From Tubulanus polymorphus (lineage: Eukaryota > Animalia > Nemertea): a stretch of 64,000 nt of DNA. Where the stretch lies: the NCBI RefSeq assembly GCF_964204645.1, contig NC_134031.1, positions 8,928,001 through 8,992,000 on the forward strand, read 5' to 3'. Positions 47,593 through 61,456 of the stretch are shown piece by piece. How positions within the stretch are numbered: the stretch's first letter is position 1; each line of letters opens with the position of its first letter. The position numbers and the translations under genes were made by a program. The notes beneath the pieces are model-generated. The model searched no databases. It saw only the letters and a program-made list of their open reading frames with translations, and was not told the origin of the DNA.

Positions 47593-49251
47593 TTAACACG
47601 GGCTTGCCAAGATAATATTATTGCATGGTAATTGTGTTTAGAATCACACTCGGAAAATGCTAAATTCAACCCCTAAATAAAAGGCATTGGTACCTACAGC
47701 GCTCACTCTTCATGTGCCTCAATATATAAGTTTTGGGCGTTATCACCTAATTCCTGGATCTATCCAACTCTCGATTTTTTTTATATATCGCAATCAATAT
47801 CTCTTCTTTAACAGAATACTAAGTTGTAGACACATTTATTGAATAGTCACAAATGAAACCTTCACAACTCTAGATATCTGTTAATTATAGATGATCGGTA
47901 GAGACATGTCAGTAGCCAGCCCGAGTGACCACCAAATAAATTTCATATCAATATTATATATATACGAACCAGGATTCATGTACAATGAAATGCATTATAT
48001 ACACCATTCCATTTTGGTGCCATATGGTATACATACATATTGACAGGTCTCTCATATATATGTAAAAAAATCCCTTGTTATATGAAACTGATAATATTGC
48101 TAGAAAATTGACACTACGTAGCAATGTTGGATGCTAGTATCTATTAATCACATGAAACGGGACTATTCCAAAATTGATCCTAAATTTACATACACTTTTG
48201 CTTGTAACAATATGACTTCGATATGGTCTTTTTAATTAAATTACACAAAACAACGGCTGCTACACAAGTTCTCCTTGTATGTACAACACATATGCCTAGG
48301 ATTGCTGCGTGCAGCTATTCTGAACAAATGCTACCGAACAACACATTGTAACAAAAAGCATATCAAACATACTACATTGTGTTTGAAACCCACAAAAAAA
48401 AATTTCTAGTTGGACAGTTTTTAGCCTTACATAAAAGCATGCAGTGCAGTTTAATAGACTGCAGATATCAATCCAAATCTTAAGAAGAAAAATTTAAGAA
48501 AATTGACCTAACACCATTGTTCAAGAAAGTAAAATCTTAAATAAAAGCATTTTTGAACCAGAGTATCAGATTTCATTTGTATTTCATCACGTAAGTGAAA
48601 TGCTCATTGATCTGTGAAGAAAGGTTTTTGTTGGCTTAAGTTCATATCCAGTTTCATCAAATAGTTAAAGACTGATATTACTTAAAGAAAAATTGAAGAA
48701 GGAACAAATGAATTTAGACTCTGAGACAAATAAAATTACCAAGATTATTGAAAGAGAAATGATATAAATTAATGCACTAAAAAACATTAAATGGATCTTT
48801 GTGCTGGCCACCCATAAGCTACCGCTAACCTCTGTTTAACCCTGTCGCTGCAACTGACAGGCAATGCCCTTCATACATTAAATGCATTGTCAAATCAACC
48901 CCGCAAGCAAATATGACTACAGTAACGCATGCGGATACTTAAGTATTTGAATTTTACATCCAGGTGGCAGCAAGTGTTGGCATATTTTGGTAGATCGATT
49001 ATTTTGGGCGATAATCCATTTTTTTTGTATTGAATGGATACAGATGCTTTTGATTTTATGAACAAATTTTCATCAGATAGTAGATTCTACGCGTGCCATA
49101 TTGATAGATAGCCTATAATAGACCAGTGGAGGAACGCTGTTAAACGGCATTGGACAACTTTTGGTTTGTTTTTGGCCCAATAAATCGAGGCACTGAGGTA
49201 AAAAAACATGATGCAGCGAAAGGGTTGATAATACGCTAACACAAAACTTAC

Positions 49252-49269
49252 TTTAGCCAGCTCTTCGTC
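49252..49269 (-). CDS. SH3GLB1: Endophilin B 18-nt microexon (DEELAK)
   Basis: ctaattttattttgttttgtttctgcag|GACGAAGAGCTGGCTAAA|gtaagt: branch point, long U tract, perfect donor, phase 0-0 between the flanking exons. Confidence 0.7.
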
Positions 49270-50182
49270 CTGCAGAAACAAAACAAAATAAAATTAGATT
49301 TACTCCTTTGCCAGTTGGGAAATTAGACAATGTCAAAGCCTCAAAAGGCTATGTTTACTAATCTATAGTTTTGCCAAGACAATGTTCTGAAAAGGGAATG
49401 CTCCTTTATTCACGCACATAAGAGGGAGGTGCTCCCTATAAATATGAAAGGTTGGGGTGAACCTTTAAGGGGACATACCATCAAAATTGTACTTTGAGAT
49501 TATTAAATTAATTAACCAGATGAAACTTAAACATATAGATAATGACCTGAGATCTCTTAATTAGCTCTAAATTAGTCATTTATTTTTTCTTCACTTTATT
49601 TATGTACTTCCCACACCACCCAAAATGAAGTTATCTGTGACAATCAGCAGAAGCACTTGCACACTACATCATTTGTTCACTGTACTCACATACCAACAGC
49701 GCTTCTCACTAATATACCTTTATCATGTCACATACGATAGTAGCAACAGTAAGCTTATACAATGGTAAGAGTTTATTAATTCAAAAAACATTCCCAAAAG
49801 GATAAAATACCCTGTGAAATGTCTAGTGAAGTGACTGAAAGCTGCAAGCGTTTGTCAGATATGACACCAGAAATGTGCACCTGCTGACATGAACAAAAAA
49901 GAGTGAGCAAGTGCTGAAATTTAAAAGTCACATTTCTCAATACCTTAAACTACTCCCAGCATTTGGGGGCCATTAACTAATTAACTAATTTAAATTCGGT
50001 TATTTTCATGTAGCAGCAATCGTCGGTAGTTTGTTCGAGGCACTTTTCTGCCATATATTGGTAGGCTTACGTGAATTAAATAGTTCCATGTTCTCATATT
50101 AAGGGTTTTCTGTTACATCACAGAAAACCCTATTGGGATTCGCGTGTTTCTTATTATTATTATTATTATATGTCACACTATT

Positions 50183-52356
50183 TTATAATTTCGGAAGAGT
50201 ATCCAGATAGTTAAATAATAATAAGAACGCAACTATCACAATCTTCATGATGATAATGAGTTTATTTACATGTTCAAACGTTTCGATCGATTTCGACTCA
50301 TCTCTTCGAGTCCTTTTCAAGAAATGACATGAAAAGATACAAACTATGTATAGTATACAGTTACTAATTACAGAGAATATCATGCAGGCGTGAAGTGGCC
50401 TAGTTTACAAAGTACAATTGGATTATAAACATATCAAAATACGTTCAGTAAAAATGAGACACCATGTGTGAAGAGTTATTTGTTAATACTTGGTTTTTTG
50501 GATTTTATATATAATGCCTCTTTGAAGGTGATTTCAAAGTCATTTTTTCCAGAATCAACGATTGAAAAGTTGTTTTTTAAAGAAAAATTTGATGCACAAT
50601 TTTTACATGATGTTAAATGTTCCTTAATTGCTGAAGGCGAAGTTCCATGCTCCTTTACCCTTGTGGCCAAATGTCGCATTGTTTTACCAATGTATGTGTT
50701 ATTTGCATCACGCAAACATTTGAATTTATAAATTACATTGGCCAACAAGGGTGAAGGAGTATGGGACTTGAGTGAAAAGTAGTTCCTAATTTTGAAAGAA
50801 GTAAAGACAATACGAATATCCACGTTGTAATATTGTTTGAATAGACTCTTGAGTTTTCTGCTAAATATAATTGAAGGGAGGCCTATGTAAGGAACGAAAA
50901 AAGTGTTTCGACCTAATCTTCCCTGACCATACTAGCGGGAGTATCATCACTACATTTACTATTCAAAAATCTTCTAAGACACGAATTAAACAAATCTTGT
51001 GGGTAGCCATTTTTGTGGAAAACGTTTTTTAGGAAATCAATTTCTTGTGAGAAAACAAACTAGTGTAAGTTGATTTTCTAAATACATGAGAAGTGAAGGT
51101 TGACGATGGCGCGAAACTTTTCCCTGAACAATCATCTAGCTTATTTTGAATCTAAGCTGCTAGATGATTGTTCAGGGAAAAGTTTCGCGCCATCGTTATA
51201 CCTACGTTATGTTGATGATATTTTCTGTGTATTCAGACGTGATTCAATACATGCATCTTTCCTGGAGAAACTAAATGCACTACACCCAAATCTTAAATTT
51301 ACTTCAGAAATAGGACCGTCTACACTTCCATTTCTAGATACGTATATTTCGCTCCCAACAACGGATGATGGTACCTTCACTTCTCATGTATTTAGAAAAT
51401 CTACTTACACTAGCTTGATTCTAAACTTTTCAGATATGTGTCCGCAAAAATGGAAATTTGGCTTAATCCAATGTCTGCTCCATAGAGCATATACCATAAG
51501 CAATAGTTGGTTTGTTTTCTCACAAGAAATTGATTTCCTAAAAAACGTTTTCCACAAAAATGGCTACCCACAAGATTTGTTTAATTCGTGTCTTAGAAGA
51601 TTTTTGAATAGTAAATGTAGTGATGATACTCCCGCTAGTATGGTCAGGGAAGATAAGGTCCAAACACTTTTTTTCGTTCCTTACATAGGCCTCCCTTCAA
51701 TTATATTTAGCAGAAAACTCAAGAGTCTATTCAAACAATATTACAACGTGGATATTCGTATTGTCTTTACTTCTTTCAAAATTAGGAACTACTTTTCACT
51801 CAAGTCCCATACTCCTTCACCCTTGTTGGCCAATGTAATTTATAAATTCAAATGTTTGCGTGATGCAAATAACACATACATTGGTAAAACAATGCGACAT
51901 TTGGCCACAAGGGTAAAGGAGCATGGAACTTCGCCTTCAGCAATTAAGGAACATTTAACATCATGTAAAAATTGTGCATCAAATTTTTCTTTAAAAAACA
52001 ACTTTTCAATCGTTGATTCTGGAAAAAATGACTTTGAAATCACCATCAAAGAGGCATTATAAATAAAATCCAAAAAACCAAGTATTAACAAACAACTCTT
52101 CACACATGGTGTCTCATTTTTACTGAACGTATTTTTATATGTTTATAATCCAATTGTACTTTGTAAACTAGGCCACTTCACGCCTGCATGATATTCTCTG
52201 TAATTAGTAACAGTATACTATACATAGTTTGTATCTTTTCATGTCATTTCTTGAAAAGGACTCGAAGAGATGAGTCGAAATTGATCGAAACGTTTGAACA
52301 TGTAAATAAACTCATTATCATCATGAAGATTGTGATAGTTGCGTTCTTATTATTAT
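50183..52356 (+). mobile_element. 5'-truncated Penelope-like element with an inverted partial copy upstream
   Basis: About 50215-51060 is the reverse complement of about 51510-52356; RT plus GIY-YIG ORF; flanked by TCACACTATT at 50173-50182 and 52357-52366 (candidate TSD). Confidence 0.92.
51100..52062 (+). pseudogene. Penelope-like RT C-terminal half plus GIY-YIG endonuclease
   Basis: YLRYVDDIF, LPFLD, VIYKFKC...YIGKT.RHL.TRVKEH. Truncated at the 5' end; premature TAA where the inverted copy reads TAT (EALYIK). Confidence 0.93.
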
Positions 52357-53199
52357 TCACACTATTATTCCGTCGTTCCGGGGATCTGCTGCGAGTTTCT
52401 CCTCATCATGAGAATCAAATCGAGTACAAATTAATTTATTGCTACCAGTGATTTGGCTGCGGGCTTCGAGGAGTTTAACAATACCTATTTTTCTTTACCA
52501 AATTAACTGTGTATTTACTAAGATAAATCTTTAGTGTACCGGGGAGTCGTAGGCCTAAACTAAACACGCCGAAGAGATATAGCGGAGAAAAGCTGTTGTG
52601 TCGACAAGGTATCAAAATAAAAGAATATATTACTTTATTTGGCCACGGGCTTTAACCTCTATATCAATACCATCAATACTCTATATTTCCTACAGTACAT
52701 ACCGATCATTGTCAAATGCGCAAGGTATTTACTAAATACAAGTATATAACACACTCCTATCCGTATGCTGGACTCACACTTGACATTCGGAGTAAGCGTT
52801 CGCTGTGGGGGAAAGGAGATCGTTCGCTGTGTCGCTTGAAGTGTTTATCCAGTTTTACGCGACCTAAAGGCTTTAGGCCTACCGGTACTGACCTTTACTG
52901 TCTCAAACAAACACAGTATAATTGTTGCGTTTAGAAACGGACTCATTGGATTGAACTTCAAAACAAAATTTACGATATTTAGGAGGGTTGTTAATCAATA
53001 GGCCTACAACCAATCTGTCCGGATGTTAGGCCTAACTGGTTCTGACTTGCAACGATCAATCACAATTATCAATTTTAATGCCAGAAATGAAGATTCATTT
53101 GAAAATTTCGTCTGAGCAGACAGCTTTATAAGCCAGACTTTTCATTTGAGTTTTTTCATCATAAATGAAACTGGTATTTCATTAATTCCTAATGACTTA

Positions 53200-53517
53200 A
53201 GCCGGGGGTAGGTCGGCCTTGCGACGGCTTGTGACTCACTGCGACGCCATTCACTGCGACCGCCAGCGGCGATTGTGTCGCAATGACTCATCGACCTACG
53301 CTCCCTTGCGACAGTCAGCAACGCCAGTCACAAGGAGTCGCATATGTTCTACTTTCTGCGACGCTACACAACTGTCACAACCGACCTACGCGCTCTTGCG
53401 ACTGGCAGAAACTAGTCGCACACAGTCGCTGACAATCGTATCGCAACCGACTTGCACTGAAACTTGCGATGCAACGCGAGGATCGCATCGCATCACAAGG
53501 CCAACAGACGTCCGGCT
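53200..53517. mobile_element. Harbinger-like MITE
   Basis: TTA|AGCCGG...CCGGCT|TTA with longer imperfect TIRs; mostly deleted in the paralogous copy at about 5800-5835. Confidence 0.75.
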
Positions 53518-56500
53518 TTAAGTTACTGCGGACCCCAGAAATATCTTTTTTTTTCGTTCAAAAGACCTTTCGCTTGAAAATTCTTTCGTCGGAACAAAAC
53601 TTATTTCGTTCGAACCAATAATATTCCGTTCGATTGAACCAATCTGAAAAAATCGTTAGAACAAAGTTGAAGAAACTTTTTTTTGGTCCAAACGAAATGT
53701 TTTTCGTTCGAACATTCGTTCGATCGAACAGAATAATTTTAATTTGAACAGAATTTTCTTGTCAGAACATTAAGTTTTTCGTTCGAACAAGTATATTGTA
53801 AAAAGTTTTTTCTCTGAACCAAAAGTATTAAGTATTTTGTTCAATCGAACAGAATTGTTTTCATTCAAACGTTCGTTTGAAAAAAATTGTTTTCGCTCAA
53901 CCAAATTTTTTTGCCGGGACAAAAAGTTTTTCATTTCAACAATAACATAGCTTTTTATTCGAAAACATTTTTTTGTCAGAATGAAGAAACGTTTTGGTGC
54001 AAACAAAAAGCGTATTGTTCGATCAAACAGAATTGTGTTCATACAAACAAGATTTTCTTGTCGGAACATTAAGTTTTTTGGTCAAACAGCGTGTTAAGGT
54101 CGTTTTGGAAATTTACTCTGTCTGGTATATTTTGGATTACTGTGTATGTCATTTGTCAGGACATTAAAGAGAAGACGACTTAGGATACTACCTTGCGTGA
54201 CTCCACTAGTTAGACCGACTTATTCCAAGATGAGGCGTTCCGTTGATTTTGGCTACAAGTTTTCATTCAGAGATAACTTCTGAGCCATTTGAGCGACCTA
54301 TCATTGATACTGTTTCCTAATAGCTTGTTTAGTAATGGCTGATGTTGTGCCTTATCAAATGCTTTGTCGAAATACACAGTTGAACAGGATTCTAAGACTG
54401 TGCAGAAAACCCGTTATCGCTGCTTTGCAGCTGTATTAGTTAATATAATTTAATTTCATCATTAACAGCTTAGAGGAAACATTTATTAATTTCGATTTGC
54501 AAAATATTGGATCCCTGGATATTTATAGGCCTTACCACTGACAGATCAGTACCACTCTTGAGCGAAACTATACAATTATTGACGTTTTAGAGGCTTTTCT
54601 AAGTAACTATGAGAATGTGTTTATACAATCATTGATGTACCAGTTAATAAATTGAGCGTGTGAACCTGACAGTCTTAGAAAGCCAGATAATAAATTGGTA
54701 AATAAACTGTCAATCATTTTTCTAAGCATGGCGGAATTTCTTTAAGCATGGCGTATCTTTTATTTGCATGGCCGTAAAGTGCCATAGCATGGCGGGCCGC
54801 CGTGCTAAAACCCCTCAGCGAGAACACTGTATCATAATCATATCTCATTATTCATAATTATAATCATCATATCATTTCATACCTAACCACATCAATTTAT
54901 CAAACTTATGCGCGAAATACTGGTATTGAAAAATATCTTTTATAAATGAACAGACTACCTTCACAAAGCCAATGTTCATATCCTCTAAAAACCCCACGTA
55001 CAGCCCTCTGCACAATTTTTAAATGTGGTAAAATTCATAGGAAACACATTTTACACCGCTGTGACCCTATATTCAGTATTCCGTACAAAAATGTGCCGCC
55101 ATCTATTGCGCTAGAGCAACACTATGGCGATAGCTTCTGACTGGCAATGTGACCTCAAATCTCAGTTGCAAACTGAAATAAATTGCCCATGGGCAAAGTG
55201 TGGTTTACCTTGAAAGCTAGAGGTTGTTTGGGGTAAGGGCATTGCTTGAAAAATCTTTTTAATTCGTGACTTCAAAGTTCTATAAGTTTAAATATTCTAT
55301 TTTATCTTTCTTAAAGGATTATTTTGTACTCAAAAGACCAAAGATATACATATGTTTACGGTCCACATCAAAAATTTCCTGGGGTACAGGTAGGCGCGGC
55401 ATGGAAACTATTTTATATTTTCAAAGAAATATTTTTCATAATATGAGAAAATATTCAAATAAAATTCATACCATGTCACAGTTCAGAGGGTGGCTGAATG
55501 TATGGCCATGGAGGCTAAAATACCGGTGCAGTAAGAAATCGGCGTATTAGAATTTATTACAAATTCTATCAAACAGAAAACACAGCGCTCATCTTCTGGT
55601 GATTAAATGTCAAATGCGCCAGCAAGCAGCATTACAGTATCACTATAGAAGTGTATACTGTACGCGCGTGTGTTTGTGTGTGCAACAGTCTAATCTAATG
55701 ATTTCCTCGCGCACGTGTAAGTGAATGTTTGCTTACACTTCAATGTCAATCAAATCAATCACCGGGTATTAAAATGAAACAATACCTATGGCGGATAATA
55801 ATTACATTCTCACCAGCAATGAGCATTTGAAATTCGCACATTTATGGCACCTAGTCCAATGAAACGTTCGCCATTCTATGGCTTTCCTATAATTATTTTA
55901 GTAGCGCCGGCATTCCCCGTAAATCCCAAAAACAGCCAATCACATTCGCTCTTAGAGACGACGCCCCCAATCGAGGTCATTGCAATTTTATATGCGAGAG
56001 CTAAGAATTTTCCCGCCAAAAACAGTTTTTTCGTAGAATTTTAACAATGTTGACCATGTTATCGACGGAGGTTCGCCATGTCTTCAATCGCATCGATTAT
56101 ATGTCGTTTAAGCCGAGAACCAATGAAACAAATGCTCACATAAAAAAACGTACCGCAATTTTACATGAATCGGCTCAATGCCAACTTCATATCGCTGACA
56201 AAGGTAAAGCAAAAATTCTTAATTTTTCATAATGTTCAAAAAGTTCTTTGACCATTGCATATAACCAGTCACATCAGGCACTGAGCATGATTGAGGACTT
56301 AAGAATTCAAATTTAAATTCTAAAATTCTGAATTTTAAGGCCAGACAAATTTTACGATAAAGTGGGCCAAAAAAAGTTAAGGCCGAAACTTAAAAAAGAA
56401 CCCCAAACTAAGTTTTATTCCCAAATATGAATGAAGGTAATTGGATCAAAATTTGAAAGATTTCATTCAATACACTCGTACTAGGCCCAGATCAGGTTTA

Positions 56501-57289
56501 TGAAAAGATTGTGATTGGTTTCAATGTTTCATCATGATCATGATCTTACACTAGATGAGTCGGTACGCCTCTGATGCCCCCGCTTAAAAACAATGTCTAT
56601 ACAAGACCAATTCCTCAGCTAGCTATCAGGTAATGCTGTCTACTACACCAATTGCCATAAACTGGAGTATTATAGCTAGGTATATATTATTTGGTTAACA
56701 GGAATAATATGTCAAACCTGTATACCAAGTTTAAGATATATTTCTCAAGAAATGAAGGCTTAATCGCACATAAATTTTCAAAGCAATCCCCTGATGGCCG
56801 CAATTTGTACCATACCCACTTGGAAAGTGGTTTCAAATGCTCAACAATCTGACAATTTCTATATTCAACGCCCCCTGGTGACCATATACAAAAAACCGAT
56901 GATATTGAAACTCACCACTATCATAGAAAATGTCAGCAGCTACAAATTTGCAATTGATTGTGATAACAATAAATGCCTTGGTACCAACATAATATGGAAA
57001 TACTAAATTATTCTACTATTCAACGCCCCTGGTGACCATGGGATAACTAATGACCTTGAAACTCACCACAATTATAGAGCATGTCATTAGCTACAACTTT
57101 GCAATTGATTGTGGTAACAAAATATGCATAGGTAAGAATATAATATGGAAATACTAAGTTATTGTATTATTCAACGCCCCCCTGGTGGCCATATACAAAA
57201 ACCAATGACCTTGAAACTCACCACAATCATAGAACATAATAGAATATAAGTCCCCCAATCATAGGATCGAAAAAGTATTAAAAAATCGA

Positions 57290-57820
57290 AACTATTAAAA
57301 TTAATTAAAAACCCGATTTTATACTAAAAACCATTTTATCCGTGTTGACTCTAACTCTGTTCAACGTAAGTCTCATATTGTTGTCCCTTATGTCCCTTGT
57401 TTAGACAAATTGAAACCACTCTCAAAGCTCTTAACACTGATATCATATTCAGGTATAATAATAAAATCTGGTCTGATAAAAAATGGTCATCAATTTGATC
57501 TTAATAATTCTCGTATAATTTTTCCATCCAACAGTATTACCCGACCTCACATAGTTGAGTCGGCTTTAATAAATTCCCATTCCAATTCCTGTGTCAATGG
57601 TAACCTTGGGTTTCTCCCCCCATAATAAACTTATGTCCAAACACATTTCCTCTCTGGTCAATATCACCTATATATCTACTATTTTAATGTGCAATAGTGT
57701 GTGTCCTTCTTGCTTGATATATATACTGTGTAATGCCATACTTGTAGATACTCTTGAAAATGGTTTTTAGTATAAAACTGAAAATTTGGGTTTTTAATCA
57801 ATTCTAATAGTTTAAATTTA
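57290..57820 (+). mobile_element. Short Penelope-like relic with inverted terminal segment
   Basis: VVPYVP and HQFDLNNSRIIF...HIVESALI (C-terminus of PLE GIY-YIG); about 57290-57335 is inverted relative to about 57760-57815. Confidence 0.65.
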
Positions 57821-57996
57821 AAACAAGAGATCCACGGATCTTAATATCTCGGGCGCAGAATGTTATCTTTGTAAAGTATAGGCGCCATCTGATTGATGCA
57901 TCTTTAAGGTTTTCCTTGAACACTTCATGGATGTATAATCTGCTGATTTCAGTGAACAACATCATCGAAATCTAATCAGCAATCATCGCGGCAATA

Positions 57997-58809
57997 CAGG
58001 ATATCGACAAATTCAAGTTCTTGAATTACTCGTTTGATGGCGCTAGTCAGAACCGGAAATTAGAACCTAAATCCGCCATGTTCTAGTTCATTTGCAATAA
58101 AGATCTCTCGCTTCAATTTTCTAGTTAGCGATATTTTACTTACTATACAACGGCACGCATAATCCTTTGAGTATGATATCCTGATGTGTTGAATTCGATA
58201 AAACCTCACTTTGAACCCTAAAGATCACTAGAAATGTAAAAAAACTACCAAAAATAACAAATTTAGCGATGACGCTCGAAGCAGCTAACGGAAGTAATGA
58301 CTGGTGCCGGGTGTCATCACTTCGTTGTTGAGTTCAAGTCTCTAAGGTAAATTTATTGCAGGCAACACTGATAAATATGAAATAATATTATGAAATAAAA
58401 TTGATTTTAGAAGGACTAAACTCGTAGATTAATAATCAAAATATGAAAAGTACCAGGACTCGAACCAACAATCTTAATTGGGCCGTCAAGTGCTGCCACC
58501 ATGTGATACCTGGAAACCAGTATTCACATCGTCAGCTGTTGAAAAAAATGTTTTTTGATAATTTTAGGACACTTATAGTGATTTCTAGCCTTTGCAGTGG
58601 TTTTATCATATCCAACGTAGCGGTAGGATAACATATCTCAAGGATAACGCGTGACGATATACAGTAAGTAAAATATCGCTCATTGAAAACTTGAAGCTAG
58701 AGATTTTCATTGCAAATGAACTAGAGCACGGCGGATTTAGGTTCCAATTTCCGGTTCTGACTAGCGCCATCAAACGAGTAATTCAAGAACTTGAATTTGT
58801 CATATCCCG
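57997..58809. mobile_element. Long-TIR MITE
   Basis: ~140-bp inverted repeats (about 58005-58145 and 58660-58802); TA on both sides. Confidence 0.75.
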
Positions 58810-59216
58810 TATACACGAGGTTTGGGCCTATTCGATTGTTCGTGCATAATCTTCCATGAAGTAGCGTATAAATTGAATCTTCGGTTATTTGCATAATGAA
58901 ATAGATATGGGGAGACGGAATCGATACTACGGCTGTCAAATTAAAAATAAACATATAAGACTCTCCCATGACTGGGAAATGAGAAACTAGAACCGAGCAG
59001 ATTAATAGATGAGAAGATTAAAAGACCGGTTTGTCTGCGTCAATCGAATATACCCTTTTACATTGACAGCGGGAGCTCAGCCAACCACAGGGAGCAGTTA
59101 TTTTACTTCAATGTAACGTTGTACATCGGCCTTCTAGCCGTTTTATGAAACAAAATGCTCCTTGAAATTTCTTTAAAAATCGCCACAAATTCGTCGATTT
59201 CTCTTAAATGAACGCG

Positions 59217-59742
59217 ATATTCAAAATTCCATTTCCAACAGATTTTAGCTGCATGATGAAGCTACATTTCGCACATAAACATAGTAGATTGCATGACTTC
59301 GTGTCAAAGTTATGACCTCATTTGTTAGCAAAAATTCGATTTTTGGACCCATTACAATATCTCGAGCTTCGCCCGAGATAAAAAAACATTTTCGATCCTG
59401 TGATTATATTCATCTCTCGCGATTCATTGTGTAGTTTTACCATGTTAACATAGAACAATTTATGAGCTACAGCTTTCCAATATTCAAAATTCCATTTCCA
59501 ACAGATTTTAGCTGCATGATGAAGCTACATTTCGCACATAAACATAGTAGATTGCATGACTTCGTGTCAAAGTTATGACCTCATTTGTTAGCAAAAATTC
59601 GATTTTTGGACCCATTACAATATCTCGAGCTTCACCCGAGATAAAAAAACATTTTCGATCCTGTGATTATATTCATCTCTCGCGATTCATTGTGTAGTTT
59701 TACCATGTTAACATAGAACAATTTATGAGCTACAGCTTTCCA
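59217..59742. repeat. 263-bp tandem duplication
   Basis: 59217-59479 repeated at 59480-59742, one mismatch seen. Confidence 0.9.
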
Positions 59743-61184
59743 ATTGATCGTGGTAACAAAATATGCTTATCAAGATAATAGGTATCAAGATAATGTGGAA
59801 AAACTTTTTTCCACCTATGTATGAGTACTGATGACTCTAAGATGGCCGCAAATTGCGCGATAATTGGCTGATCAAAAATACCTGTCTCAAGTATTAAAGA
59901 ACCATAGAATAGCCATCACAATGTCCATGCAAAATGGCAAACCAGTAGGAAGCTACTGGACTCAGAATTCGGGCCAATATGGACATTTTGGGCACAAAAA
60001 AGGTCACAGAAAGGCCATCTCAAGTCCGATCGACCCAATTTTTTTTATGCTGATGGGCCCTTGGGGGATACAAATACATACCACAGATCAAGATAATTAA
60101 TCAAAGCGTCTTCAAAATTTCCCTCGAAAACTTGAAAAATGTGTAAAAAGTGTTGATTTTGACGAACAATGGCTGTCAGTCGGCCATCTTGAATGTGACA
60201 GGGCCAGTTTTTGGGCTGAAGATATGTTTAGGTTAGATACATGTGTAAATGTGCACAGGTGGGCTAAAATGACAAAAGAATTAACAATTAAAATCTTGAT
60301 TCCTCCATCTCCAAATGATTTCTTTGCCTTATTTTTCTGACTGTAGGCTATATGGTGTGGGGAATTGCCAATACAGAATTTCTTTTTCCCCTGAACATGT
60401 ATGTTGCCGATTGCTATAGCATTGGGATTTGGTCTCTTTGTCAATGTCCAATTTTACTTAAATTCATACAGTTTTGAAGAACAAACACCTAATTTGCACT
60501 AAACCTGTGGTACCCCCCCCCCCCATCAATCATATTTTGGCTATTCTTTACTGCTGGAATTTTTTAACATGTTCACTGCTGAATGCGGGTTATCCATCAT
60601 TGCCACTACGAGATATGTTCTGGTTCCTCCATCAGAGTTAACCCATAGCTGATCTTTCGTATTCATTGTTTGATATTTGCACTCTGGTACGCAGGGATGA
60701 CAGTTCTCACGCCAATGCTCATTGGTCAATTACAAACAATGGTTGACTATGTATAGATCTATTGTCAACAAGGTAATTCGTAGCGGAACTGGGGAAAAAC
60801 ATGGTGGCAGTGAATGTGTCAAGTTGGGTTCTAGCTAATGACAGATCTCTCAGGAAGCTAGGATAAATGTTGCATCTATGATGAGATAACTAGTCCTGGC
60901 AAAATGCTGTTATGACAAATACTGCTATGACAAGTTATATCTCTACGCTAGCAGCGAACTTGTTAAAAATGAAAGATGAATTTTTGGCAAGAATTAACAA
61001 TAATATTAAATTTACACACGTGAAAGCTACACTAACAATAATTAGAAAATCTGTGTGAAACTATAATATTGTTGAACCTATCGTCTACAAGAAACTGAAA
61101 TCGCTTTGCATTAATGTGAGCATCAAAATGTACAAAAAGAAATTCAGGCTAAGGCTTGAGAAACAAAATAACAAAAAGACTTAA

Positions 61185-61456
61185 CCCTTTCAGTGCTGAC
61201 TAATTAATACCCTATAGTGCTGGAGATAATTTGAAAATTCTAAAAAATTCCACCCTAGTGTGTTGAACAACGGGAATACCACTATAGTACGTCTACACTG
61301 CGGCGCGGTGTATCGTTAGTTACTAGTATTTCACTATGTTTGACACATGCTACCATTTTTCAAGAGAGATAATTACTAATTACTAATTACATCAATACAC
61401 TGCAGTGCGGTGTACTAGCAAAATCTATCACTGATTAATACACCGCACTGAAAGGG
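61185..61456. mobile_element. piggyBac-like MITE
   Basis: TTAA|CCCTTTCAGTGC...GCACTGAAAGGG|TTAA. Confidence 0.9.

Larger units (their letters stand above)
50098..54437 (+). mobile_element. Second copy of the same HINE family, hosting the Penelope element and a Harbinger MITE
   Basis: Same head at 50102 and tail at 54406-54437; internal similarity to 4880-6413. A reverse fragment lies at about 27830-28285. Confidence 0.75.

Noticed and set aside
60112-60729. Minus-strand ORFs as extra endophilin exons
   Set aside because: No similarity to endophilin and no convincing paired splice sites.
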